64,000 nt of DNA from an uncultured bacterium (GTDB taxonomy: Bacteria; Babelota; Babeliae; Babelales; Babelaceae), in the NCBI GenBank assembly GCA_963824495.1, contig CAWGPQ010000008.1, positions 56,642 to 120,641 on the forward strand, in the 5' to 3' direction. Shown piece after piece: positions 29,513 through 39,212 of the stretch. The notes beneath the pieces are model-generated. The model searched no databases. It was given only the letters and a program-made list of their open reading frames with translations, and was not told the origin of the DNA. The position numbers were made by a program, and so were the translations under genes. Within the stretch, counting starts at the first letter, position 1. Each line of letters opens with the position of its first letter.

Positions 29513-30042
29513 AAGATCTCATAATAATCGCTATAATAATCGTTTGAGCGAAATTTTAAAAATCTCTTCGGACAAACACTGAACCTGTCTGTAACAAACA
29601 AAATTGTGTGCGATACTGGGCGATCAGAAACAGCTTAGTAACCACCTTTGGCACCAAACTTGTTTTTGATTAAAGCCCCGATGTGACGTTAGACATTAGA
29701 CGTTAGCTAAGAGAAGAAGTAGTGATGTTCATGGCTTTCTCCTTGAAATGTAAGCCAACTTGAAGCAAACCTGAGATATATACTTATAGGGTATTTTTGA
29801 TTAAAAGTCAATGGCAAACAGAGCAAACGAGACGAGCTTTCTTGGCCCCCCTTTTGTTATTCTTGAATAACCTGGTATGCTTAACTTGTGTACAAATGGC
29901 ATTACTATACAAAATTTATTTATCTGCCGGGGATTTTAATAACGGAAAATTTAATGCATAAAACATAGGTAGTAAAGACTATACAAACCAAGGCATACTA
30001 AACCATGGTATACTCAATATCACTCTTACTTAAGGGGTTACT

Positions 30043-30993
30043 ATGAAGACGTACATCAATTATTTCTTATATCTTCTCACCATTTCAACTATCTTTCAAT
30101 CGAGAGCTACTGAAGCTTTAGAACCAGCTGATGTAAACGATCTCATTACTTTCTCTGTAGCATCTAAAGCCATCCCCAATAGCACTTATTATGATCCCAT
30201 TATGCATAAGATGCGAACATCGCAAACAAGTTGTTCCGAAGAACCAAACTATAGCAGCATTTCGCTTGGTCGCATCGCTGAAAATAAAAAGCAATTTGCA
30301 ATCGAACGCTCAATCGTTGACTATGTAAAAAAAGGTGGTGCTGGTCTGGGAGTAATTTCAGCAGTTGTTTATGGAGCGCTACGTGCGGCCACTGGTGCAC
30401 CGAGCCCTACGGGCCAACCGGTAGCTCCAGATAATAACCCTATTAAAATTCACAAACTCGCTCAACTTAGGGCTGGCCTGACTGCACTTGCAGGCTCTGC
30501 AGCAAGTACTATGGCAAGCACTATGGCAAGCTTTGTAGGCTACCGATGGCTTGATGAATCGAGTCTTGCTCGTACCATGGTTGATACAGTAGTAGCAACG
30601 CCATCTCTTAAGTGGTATATTACTACTCATACTTCTTTTGATCAGTATGCTCAGGATATTATTCGCTATGCTGCTGAATATCCTGAGCAGGTCGGCACTG
30701 GTCTCTATGGCTCACATGAGCCATTTCTAACAACATTCTATTTATTTATTAAGCACTTTGAAAGGGTTCTTGGCTATATTTCATACACCTTAGAAAATTT
30801 TCCTGATCAAGCAAAGCTTGAACGACAACGTGCAAAGTACGGCTTCGATAAGCTTATACGGTTAGGACATGACTTAAGCTTGGCTGCTAATAGACTCTTA
30901 AGCGATATTCCTGAGCAATCGGCTGGTATAGAATCACTTGTTACCGCTATTCGAGCAGAGGTAACATCATTTTCAGCACTTGAGAAACAATAA
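30043..30993 (+). CDS. Hypothetical secreted/membrane protein (tandem paralogue 1)
   Basis: Leader then ATEALEP, two internal hydrophobic segments. C-terminal helical region (TTHTSFDQY...VLGYISY...LERQRAKY) matches 31011-32093. Confidence 0.6.
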   Translation: MKTYINYFLYLLTISTIFQSRATEALEPADVNDLITFSVASKAIPNSTYYDPIMHKMRTSQTSCSEEPNYSSISLGRIAENKKQFAIERSIVDYVKKGGAGLGVISAVVYGALRAATGAPSPTGQPVAPDNNPIKIHKLAQLRAGLTALAGSAASTMASTMASFVGYRWLDESSLARTMVDTVVATPSLKWYITTHTSFDQYAQDIIRYAAEYPEQVGTGLYGSHEPFLTTFYLFIKHFERVLGYISYTLENFPDQAKLERQRAKYGFDKLIRLGHDLSLAANRLLSDIPEQSAGIESLVTAIRAEVTSFSALEKQ

Positions 30994-31010
30994 TAATACG
31001 GAGAATTTTT

Positions 31011-32093
31011 ATGATCGTTCCGCGCGACAGATTTCTACATGTTTTATTAACCATAGGAATGAGTAGTACGCTTCTGCTTCGATCTCAAGCTCCTGAAGCT
31101 CTTGAAGCATGGGAAGAAATTCAAACTGCGCCACAAGCAGAGCTTATGGAAATAACACATGACCCTCGTACTGAGCTTCTTGAGATTTCTGACGAGCGTA
31201 TCACACAAGCAAAAAACGATTATAGCACCGAGCTTTATTGGAATGCAGCTCAAGATTATGGGCTTAAAGTTGCTACAGTAGGTGTCCTTCTAGGTGCTCT
31301 CTATTACTATAAATATGGTGTTCCCCAGTGGCTCAGTAAGAGCTTGCCTACAGGCCCGCAGTTATCCATACAAGAAAGGATAGCTACCCTAGAGAGGAGC
31401 GTAGCAGATCTAAGCCCTGCCGTGATAAAATTATCTAGCACACAAGCAAATCCAGCAGAGCCTGGAAGTGCTATAGCTAAGCCTCATGTGCTTTGGCGTG
31501 CCGGCAAAGCTATGATCAACGTTCCGGTAGTAGTAGGCAAGCAGGTACTATTGAGTATGGGGTGCCTTGCTGGGAGTTTTGTAGGCGCCGATATCGTGAG
31601 TAAAATATACCCTCGGACACAAACAAAAAATCCCTTTATTCAATTTATGACTACGCATACATTTTTTTTACAAACTATAGAGCAGCTGCAACATTACGCA
31701 AAGGCGTACGAGCATTATCACACCAATCCAAAGCTTGGACCACTGAGCAAAAATAATCTTATAACCGTTTATAATATGCTTATTCAAGATATCGAAAAAG
31801 CACTTGGCTACATGGCACATAAGCATGATACCACAAGCATTCAAGCAGATCTTGAACGTCAACGTATCGAAATGAGCAGTATCACCATTCGAGAGATAAC
31901 GTCTTATTTTCATGACACGCTCATCAAAGCCCTTGAATCGCATGAGTCAAAGGACGCATCGAGCGTTACAACGATCTCGTTTGTTGCTGCAGGATTTGTG
32001 TCACAGCTTCAAAAAGAAATTATACATATGGCTCAACTTGAAGCTCATAGTGGCTTAATTTTAGGTGATGTCAATGAGCAGCAAGGGGTTTAG
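31011..32093 (+). CDS. Hypothetical secreted/membrane protein (tandem paralogue 2)
   Basis: Leader then APEALEA. TTHTFFLQT...ALGYMAH...LERQRIEM is collinear with 30043-30993. Confidence 0.6.
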   Translation: MIVPRDRFLHVLLTIGMSSTLLLRSQAPEALEAWEEIQTAPQAELMEITHDPRTELLEISDERITQAKNDYSTELYWNAAQDYGLKVATVGVLLGALYYYKYGVPQWLSKSLPTGPQLSIQERIATLERSVADLSPAVIKLSSTQANPAEPGSAIAKPHVLWRAGKAMINVPVVVGKQVLLSMGCLAGSFVGADIVSKIYPRTQTKNPFIQFMTTHTFFLQTIEQLQHYAKAYEHYHTNPKLGPLSKNNLITVYNMLIQDIEKALGYMAHKHDTTSIQADLERQRIEMSSITIREITSYFHDTLIKALESHESKDASSVTTISFVAAGFVSQLQKEIIHMAQLEAHSGLILGDVNEQQGV

Positions 32094-32155
32094 TTAGTCT
32101 TTTCTTGCGGCTACCGGGACATAGCTGGTCCTGAATTGACTGCACAAGGTACACC

Positions 32156-32644
32156 CTAATCTCCAACAATATAAGCGCCATCGGTCGCAACTATTATCTC
32201 ACGACTTGAGCACCTATCAACCACTTCGCTTATAGGTGCCGCCAAGCCAGCGCCGGCTGCAAGTAGAAGGGCCAAGCCGCCACCAAACACTGGCTGGCCT
32301 ATCATGCTAAAGGCAATGCCATTTGCAAGTAGCATTAGAAGCATGCCATCAATTGTATCCCGTTGGCGTTGCGTTATAGCCTTGAAAGACACATCTTTTC
32401 CGTTTACTTGAATCCCACTGATGCAGCAATCTTCTTGCCACCCTTTTACGGTTATAGGAGATTTATTTGCACCCCCATCAATATGTTTTGTAGGATTTTT
32501 TCCAGCACATGCTGCAAGCTTAATGGTAATATCTGCGTCTTTACCAAGTCCATTTGTTATGTACCAAGTTCGGGCACCACAATAATGACTAGAACTCGTA
32601 AGAAATAAGATACCAAGTACCCTAATCATATATTTTATTAACAT
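32156..32644 (-). CDS. Small secreted protein; N-terminal domain related to the Cys-rich pair at 40377-41552, plus a Gly/Ala-rich hydrophobic C-terminal part
   Basis: WYITNGLGKDADITIKLAACAGKNPTKHIDGGANKSPITVKGWQEDCCISGI aligns without gaps to YTISNTMNKQVKVNFHFGACPNADHTETVDAGVQNHIFSTTGYQKLYCLESI. Confidence 0.55.
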   Translation of the reverse strand: MLIKYMIRVLGILFLTSSSHYCGARTWYITNGLGKDADITIKLAACAGKNPTKHIDGGANKSPITVKGWQEDCCISGIQVNGKDVSFKAITQRQRDTIDGMLLMLLANGIAFSMIGQPVFGGGLALLLAAGAGLAAPISEVVDRCSSREIIVATDGAYIVGD

Positions 32645-33039
32645 TTCGCCTCCTATTTTTGATTATCAATAATAACTTCTGTAATAATTTTATAATAGGA
32701 ATTATTGAAATGTCAAGAGTGAGGCAAAAGCATTCGCCAAAAACAGTACTAGCCTTACGTAGCAGATAGTCGGTCGCGTTGAAAGTCTAAGGTATAAGTT
32801 GATAATAAGCCCTAACACAAGCTTAAGGTATTAGCATCATGCTTTAGTTGCGCAATTTTTCGTTAACAAGATCGTTTTTAAGCTGATGCCCCGCCTTGCA
32901 GCTTCTACTGCTAGATTAGCATGTATATTAGGCGAGCAGAGGAATCACTATAGTTTTTAACGCTTTCGACAAAGGCTTTATAGCAAGCTATACTAAGATA
33001 TATATTGATTATTAATTTTTTTACGGATAATTCTAATCT

Positions 33040-35472
33040 ATGTCTACGTCTACTGAAACCCAATCATTAACGCCGTTAATGCGGCAATATTACGATATTA
33101 AGAAGCGCTATCCTGACACACTGTTATTATTTCAAGTAGGTGATTTTTACGAACTTTTCTTTGATGACGCTCATAAAGCTTCGGCATTTTTAGGTATAGC
33201 TCTTACCAAGCGAGGATTCCAGGGCAATGAACCTATTCCACTTTGTGGTGTTCCGGTTCATGCTATTGATCATTATGTGCTGAAACTTGTTCGTGGTGGT
33301 TTCCGTGTAGCTCTGTGTGATCAACTCACTCCGGCACAGACAGGTAAAATGATTGAGCGGGGAGTTACCTATGTACTAACGCCAGGAACATTAACTGATC
33401 TTAAGCTCCTGAACGAAAAAACTGCTTCGTATTTAGCAGCAGTATTTCCAACAGAAGATAGCTACGGGCTAGTGTTTGCTGAAATCCTAACCGGTCAGCT
33501 CTATGCAACTATCGTTTCACGGGCAGAAGAGAAACTCTTCGAAGCTGAATTAAGCCGTTTTTTGCCGGATGAAATAATTATTCCCGATACCAAGTTAGGC
33601 AAGCAGCTTGACGTATTTCTTAAGCGCTTGGGCTATGTTATCACGGTACAGCCCTTTGCTGTAACATCACGTGATCATAATGAGCACTTAGGCGAATGGC
33701 TCAAGAGACAGTTTCCCGAATCATCGCTTTCGTTTGTCAATCAATCGTCAACTGCTCAAGCAGCATTGTCACTCGTGTATTCGTTTCTAAGAATTAATCA
33801 AGAACGTGCATTACATAACTTTAAGCAACTTTTTACCTATAGCCCTGACGACTTTCTTTTACTTGATGCAGCAACTCAAAAAAATTTAGAGCTCGTAAAA
33901 AATGCTCACGACGGCAGTAGTGCGCATACCCTTTTTTCTATACTTGACGCTGCAACAACAGCTATGGGCTCACGGCTTATTAAAAAATGGCTCTTGCGTC
34001 CCTTGCTCAAAAAAGAAGCCATAGAGCAACGCCTGAGTGCCGTTGAATCTCTTGTTACTCAGCCATTACTTGTCGACAGTATTAACGTATCATTGCGTGA
34101 CATAGGAGATCTGGAACGCATAGTTGGTCGCATTGCATTACGACGAGCACACTTATATGATTATACTGCTTTATTGCGTGCTTTAAGCACCTTGCCTCAG
34201 CTGAAACAAGATCTTATAGTGGTGCAGCACGTAGAGTTGCTCGGTTTAGTTGCATCACGCTTGGGTGATTTTAGTTTTTTGCATGACCTGCTTTCGCGTT
34301 CGCTTAACCTGGATACTGCTAAAGATTGGAAAATACAAGCCGGCTTCAGCCCAGAACTGGATCGCTTACGCATGCTTATTGAGCAAGCAGCCCAAGCAAT
34401 TCTCGAGCTTGAACGCAAAGAGCAGCAGGCGACCGGAATAGCATCACTTAAAATTCGTTATAGTAAAGCACACGGCTACGGCATCGAAGTTACTAAAGCA
34501 AATCTCAGCGCTGTGCCTGAACGCTATACACGGCTTCAAACGCTCACAAACCGTGAGCGCTTCACAACGCAAGAACTTAAAGATTTAGAATACGATCTTA
34601 ATCGGGCTCATACTGATATTAACGAGGTAGAAAAACAGATATTTGAAGCAGTATGCCAACATGTTGAAGCTGCAATCAGTCCCTTAAAAAAACTTGCTCA
34701 AGCTCTTGCGCATCTTGATGCTTTGATGAGCTTGGCGAAAGTAGCATATACCCATAACTATACGCGTCCCCACTTTAATGATGAGCATAATATTATTATT
34801 AAAGAAGGCTATCACCCGGTTGTTCACGCTGAGATCAAGCACCACTTTATCCCTAACGATACGAGACTTACTGATAATGAAACGCTCTGGATTATTACCG
34901 GCCCTAATATGGGAGGCAAATCGACCTATCTTCGCCAAGTTGCCCTCATAGCTCTCATGGCACAAGCAGGATCATTTGTTCCAGCACGTAGCGCAGACCT
35001 TTTTATACTTGATCGTATTTTTACGCGTATTGGCGCTGGTGACAATGTCGCCCAAGGCAAAAGTACATTTCTTGTTGAAATGGAAGAAACAGCGCTTATT
35101 TGTACCCAGGCAACCCGTAATAGTCTTGTGATTTTAGACGAAGTTGGTCGAGGCACGAGTACCTATGACGGATTAGCTATCGCTCAAGCGGTAGTTGAAT
35201 ACATCTATAGTCACATCAAAGCACGCTGTCTATTTGCTACACACTATCACGAACTTACGCAGCTCACGCTTTCACATCGTGGAATTGTCGCATACCATAC
35301 AGCAAGCAAGCAGACTCCTGAGGGTATCGTTCTTTTGCACAAAATTATGAAAGGCAATGCCCAGGGCAGTTTTGGTATTGAAGTTGCGCGGCAAGCAAAC
35401 TTGCCTGCACCTATTATTCAGCGATCACAAGAGATTCTTAAAAGCCTTACGGCAAGTCGCGCTGCTTCGTAA
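33040..35472 (+). CDS. mutS: DNA mismatch repair protein MutS
   Basis: 810 aa. N-terminal TPLMRQYYDIKKRYPDTLLLFQVGDFYELFFDDA, Walker A GPNMGGKST, STFLVEMEE and DEVGRGTSTYDG. Confidence 0.95.
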   Translation: MSTSTETQSLTPLMRQYYDIKKRYPDTLLLFQVGDFYELFFDDAHKASAFLGIALTKRGFQGNEPIPLCGVPVHAIDHYVLKLVRGGFRVALCDQLTPAQTGKMIERGVTYVLTPGTLTDLKLLNEKTASYLAAVFPTEDSYGLVFAEILTGQLYATIVSRAEEKLFEAELSRFLPDEIIIPDTKLGKQLDVFLKRLGYVITVQPFAVTSRDHNEHLGEWLKRQFPESSLSFVNQSSTAQAALSLVYSFLRINQERALHNFKQLFTYSPDDFLLLDAATQKNLELVKNAHDGSSAHTLFSILDAATTAMGSRLIKKWLLRPLLKKEAIEQRLSAVESLVTQPLLVDSINVSLRDIGDLERIVGRIALRRAHLYDYTALLRALSTLPQLKQDLIVVQHVELLGLVASRLGDFSFLHDLLSRSLNLDTAKDWKIQAGFSPELDRLRMLIEQAAQAILELERKEQQATGIASLKIRYSKAHGYGIEVTKANLSAVPERYTRLQTLTNRERFTTQELKDLEYDLNRAHTDINEVEKQIFEAVCQHVEAAISPLKKLAQALAHLDALMSLAKVAYTHNYTRPHFNDEHNIIIKEGYHPVVHAEIKHHFIPNDTRLTDNETLWIITGPNMGGKSTYLRQVALIALMAQAGSFVPARSADLFILDRIFTRIGAGDNVAQGKSTFLVEMEETALICTQATRNSLVILDEVGRGTSTYDGLAIAQAVVEYIYSHIKARCLFATHYHELTQLTLSHRGIVAYHTASKQTPEGIVLLHKIMKGNAQGSFGIEVARQANLPAPIIQRSQEILKSLTASRAAS

Positions 35473-35502
35473 TCACAATAATTCATGTATAGAGTATCAA
35501 GC

Positions 35503-36567
35503 TTAAGAAGGTGACCCTGTTTGAGGTATATATCCAGGAGCCAGAGCATACTGGGCAATTTGTCGAGCAACATCGGGTGGAAGAAGCTCACATGTAGGTG
35601 TTGACTGCCAGGCAAACCCTCCTGCGCGACCGGCTCTTGATAACCTACCAAATACAGCAATACCAGCTTCTCTTTGTAATAAGTCAACAATAGCAGAACG
35701 ATGATATTGGCGAGCAAGAGTTAGGGGTGACCCACCATACCGATTAACAAGAGTACCTTGAGCACCACATGCAACCAAAAGTTTAACAGTGCTCAAATTG
35801 TCATTGCAAGCAGCTACGTGTAACGGTGTGTTGCCATCCTCATCTTGTGCATCAATATCAAAGTCATGATTAAGCAACAGCCTTACTATAGCATCGTTGC
35901 CCTGAGCGACAGCCCAATGTAATGCTGTTTTACTAGCTTGATCTGTATTATATGCTTGTGGAGCTTGATCTACAAGCTCACCAATGCTCTTAGTATTGCC
36001 AAGAATAACCTCTACGATAGAGTCATTGTCAATTAATTTCCTGAGTATACCCCTGATTTTTTGAATGGGTTGTGAAATAGAAGGTAGTTTTGCTCCATGT
36101 TCTATAAGCAATCTAACTGTTTCTGTCTTTCCGTAATCAGCTGCCAACCAAAGAGCAGTATCGCCATTATTATTAGTGTGATTAATATCAGCGCCTGCTT
36201 CTATAAGCATTCTCGCTATTTCTGTATGTCCCCAAAGAGCTGCCAAAATAAGAGCAGTATCGCCATGCCTATCGGCCTGATTAACATTTGCGCTATGTTC
36301 TATAAGTATTCTAACCACTTCTGCATGTCTGGCTGCAAACATGCAAGCAGTCCAACCACCCATATCGGTACAGTTAACATCAGCACCTGCGCTAAGAGCA
36401 TCTTTTACCGCTGTAAGGTTGCCCTCATCGGCGGCTTGAACTAGCACGTCGTTAGGATGACGACCTGCTTGCTCAAGCATCATGCATTCTAATGGCACAG
36501 TATGAGCCAGCCATAGTCCCACAGCAAGCACTGATACAATATGTAATTTTGTAATAATTTTAATCAC
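35503..36567 (-). CDS. Secreted ankyrin-repeat protein, family-A tail (GTG start preferred)
   Basis: GTG at 36567 with GAGG 9 nt upstream gives VIKIITKLHIVSVLAVGLWLAHT, collinear with MIKITIKLLTISLWL of 43603-45012. ANK repeats. Tail AVFGRLSRAGRAGGFAWQ...LPPDVARQIAQYALAPG. Confidence 0.85.
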   Translation of the reverse strand: MIKIITKLHIVSVLAVGLWLAHTVPLECMMLEQAGRHPNDVLVQAADEGNLTAVKDALSAGADVNCTDMGGWTACMFAARHAEVVRILIEHSANVNQADRHGDTALILAALWGHTEIARMLIEAGADINHTNNNGDTALWLAADYGKTETVRLLIEHGAKLPSISQPIQKIRGILRKLIDNDSIVEVILGNTKSIGELVDQAPQAYNTDQASKTALHWAVAQGNDAIVRLLLNHDFDIDAQDEDGNTPLHVAACNDNLSTVKLLVACGAQGTLVNRYGGSPLTLARQYHRSAIVDLLQREAGIAVFGRLSRAGRAGGFAWQSTPTCELLPPDVARQIAQYALAPGYIPQTGSPS

Positions 36568-36715
36568 AGAATAAGCCTCGATTAATTTTAAATAATATCT
36601 ATTTTTAATTAATAATATAGGTGCAATTAAGAAAGTCAAGAAATTACATCTTAATGCGCTCGTCTACATACATCAATCGCACTGAAGTCGTCCGGAAGCT
36701 GTGCTCGTCTGCTTG

Positions 36716-37411
36716 TTAACTGAGCTGGATTCGCTCAATGATTGCTTGCATAATTTTATAATACTGTTCGGCATCCTGGCTAATTTCTTGTGCAAGCGCA
36801 ATATCATATGCATGAGCAGACAAATTTCTCATGTCTATCATATCAATAAGATTTTTGTATTCATCGGGCGCAAGCAGTTCAAGATCAAAGCAGCTTTTTA
36901 ATACGCTTTTTGGGCTTGCAATAGGCTCTATACCATGCTTTTTGTTCAAATATTCTTTCAAAAACCTCCAGAATGTATCCGCTGCATATTCAAAGCGCTT
37001 AATCACGCCATCACGAAGCTCTTCGTAGTAATAATCTGATGACTTATATTGATTAAGCTTAGACAAAGCACCACCAAGAGCAGCTAAAATTTTTATTAAT
37101 GTCGTATGGCGAAGCGTTAATCCGCCAATAACATCTTCTTGAGCAAGTATTTCACGCATTTCTTCGGGTATAGCGTTAAGATCAAGCACATTGATTTTAA
37201 AAGGTATGTGTGAAGCGTTAAGCATGTCACGTATCTCACCAACATCACGTCGTGGCAACTTTCTGCCTGCATCAAGAGCAACATCTATATCTGGTCTTTC
37301 TACGTGAGCACCATGAGTTCGTGCTATAAATAGATACACACGTATATCTGGTATAAGTGCCTTAATAACCCGTACAATTTTTTGTTGAGTACCTTCATCA
37401 ATATGCACCAT
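36716..37411 (-). CDS. Fused minimal nucleotidyltransferase (MNT) + HI0074-type HEPN-like substrate-binding domain
   Basis: ATG at 37411 with AGGAAA upstream. The N-terminal half has an NTase-like ...HVERPDIDVALDAG. The C-terminal half RDGVIKRFEYAADTFWRFLKEYL...MIDMRNLSAHAYD matches the NTase_sub_bind/HEPN R-x4-H motif. The 54 upstream codons in the ORF track are AT-rich and implausible. Confidence 0.7.
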   Translation of the reverse strand: MVHIDEGTQQKIVRVIKALIPDIRVYLFIARTHGAHVERPDIDVALDAGRKLPRRDVGEIRDMLNASHIPFKINVLDLNAIPEEMREILAQEDVIGGLTLRHTTLIKILAALGGALSKLNQYKSSDYYYEELRDGVIKRFEYAADTFWRFLKEYLNKKHGIEPIASPKSVLKSCFDLELLAPDEYKNLIDMIDMRNLSAHAYDIALAQEISQDAEQYYKIMQAIIERIQLS

Positions 37412-37605
37412 GACGTTTCCTAGCTTATCATATCTTAGGTAATCTATTAATAATATTAATAGTAGCATATACCTGGGCTTGTTATCTAGAAGAATTATTA
37501 AAAGATATACTACTGTTGCCGAAAGCAATAAGAACCTGTTAGTATACTCGTGGTGATAGTTAAAGAAAATCAACCGATAAACAATATGTAAATAAGGAGC
37601 CTACT

Positions 37606-38208
37606 ATGACACGTACTTCTACTAATTATGATAATCATGAAGTATCGCCAAGCTTGACAGCCCGCTTACACCAGTTAGCAGACAACTGGGGTTGGTATCT
37701 TGCCCTAGGGATTGCGCTTATTCTTACGGGCATTGTAGCTATTACGTTCCCCTGGATAACCACGGTTGTTTCTGTTGTCTACTTTGGTAGCCTCCTCATA
37801 GTTGGAGGCGGCATTGAGATTATACGAGCCTTTCGCATGAGCAAATGGGGTTCGTTTCTGCTGCACTTGCTTTTGGGTATTCTATATTTTGTCGCTGGGT
37901 TTGTCATACTGGTACATCCTCAGATAAACGCTCTCAGTTTAACACTCTTGCTTGCAGCATTTTTTATAGCAGCTGGCTTGTTTAGGATTGTATCGGCCCT
38001 AACCGTACCTGTACCACAATGGGGTTGGGTATTATTTAACGGAATCGTTACCGTTATTCTAGGGTTTCTTATCTGGAGACAGTGGCCAATTTCTGGATTA
38101 TGGGCAATTGGTCTTTTTGTGGGTGTAGAAATGATTGTTAGCGGTTGGGTCTCGGTTCTTCTTGCAGTTCAAGCACGGCGCTTAAAAAATCGCTTAGCAA
38201 TAGATTAA
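37606..38208 (+). CDS. HdeD-family (DUF308) membrane protein
   Basis: 200 aa with 6 TM segments. NWGWYLALGIALILTGIVAI and a repeated hydrophobic pattern typical of DUF308. Confidence 0.65.
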   Translation: MTRTSTNYDNHEVSPSLTARLHQLADNWGWYLALGIALILTGIVAITFPWITTVVSVVYFGSLLIVGGGIEIIRAFRMSKWGSFLLHLLLGILYFVAGFVILVHPQINALSLTLLLAAFFIAAGLFRIVSALTVPVPQWGWVLFNGIVTVILGFLIWRQWPISGLWAIGLFVGVEMIVSGWVSVLLAVQARRLKNRLAID

Positions 38209-38363
38209 AAACTTTGTTACGCCTTGATCACTTATAAATCTAAATATTTATAACTTTATATTTTTATTGCTATCTGAATTATAGTTATGCTATCTTTATC
38301 TTTAGAGAGCACGTTAAGCGTGCTTTCGGGGACTCTGATATAACTATACTAGGAAGATATGCA

Positions 38364-39212
38364 ATGAAAAGTATACATATATTCACATTGGCGACAAGCA
38401 CGCTTGCCCTCAGCTTATTGGCCTTGCCACAAGCAAGCATTGAAGCTCAGCTAGTACAAAGGGTAAAATATACTGCCCTTGGGCTAGCAGCAAATTGGCT
38501 TGCAACACAAGCAAGCTCTATCTTGGCAGATCAGCCATTTATCGCTCAGGCTATCGATGCTGCGCAGCCTTATCTGCCTCAATCTATATCTCTTCAAAAA
38601 CTCATACCAAGTCAAAACAAAACACTTTTAGAGTATCTCTTAAAACAACTACTGGTCAATCCCGAATACGATCAGATCTATACTAATTTGTATGCTCTCG
38701 GTTCAAAATCACTCGCGCTTTTTGATACACTCAACTTTGCGCTAGAAGAAGTGCCAAAAATGCCAGAAGAAAAAGTTGAACCGGTTACCATAGGTGATGC
38801 TGAATCAAGCCAAGCCCAACGTGCTCTATTTGCTAGTTTTTGTGGTATGACCGGTCCCTCAGCACCAGGCAGAGGAACTTACGTTCCGGAGACAAAAGTT
38901 GAGCCTTGCCCCTGGCTGCAGAGTGATTTTTGGTTGGGCGAACGGAAAAAATTAATAGGACAAGGGATTGTTGCTGCCCTTTCAGGCTATTTCCTCAAGC
39001 TTGCTTCTTTGGGTCTTGCTCAAAAAATAACAACCGGGTTGTCAGTATCTTCACCTATTGGCAATACTATTGCCTTTATCGTTGTTAATGCCGTATGGAA
39101 TGGCATACTCTCCCAAATTATCGGCCAAACTCAAACCGAGTTTTTAAAAAAAATGCGTAATCTGGGAACTCAAATCGGTGAAGCAAGCGAAAATCTTCAG
39201 CTGATATCTTAA
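38364..39212 (+). CDS. Hypothetical secreted protein
   Basis: Signal-like MKSIHIFTLATSTLALSLLALPQASIEA. No recognisable domain. Confidence 0.5.
   Translation: MKSIHIFTLATSTLALSLLALPQASIEAQLVQRVKYTALGLAANWLATQASSILADQPFIAQAIDAAQPYLPQSISLQKLIPSQNKTLLEYLLKQLLVNPEYDQIYTNLYALGSKSLALFDTLNFALEEVPKMPEEKVEPVTIGDAESSQAQRALFASFCGMTGPSAPGRGTYVPETKVEPCPWLQSDFWLGERKKLIGQGIVAALSGYFLKLASLGLAQKITTGLSVSSPIGNTIAFIVVNAVWNGILSQIIGQTQTEFLKKMRNLGTQIGEASENLQLIS

Noticed and set aside
39209-39212. Overlapping stop codons of two convergent genes in the palindrome TTAA.
   Set aside because: This is a real but trivial consequence of tight packing, with no evidence of function.
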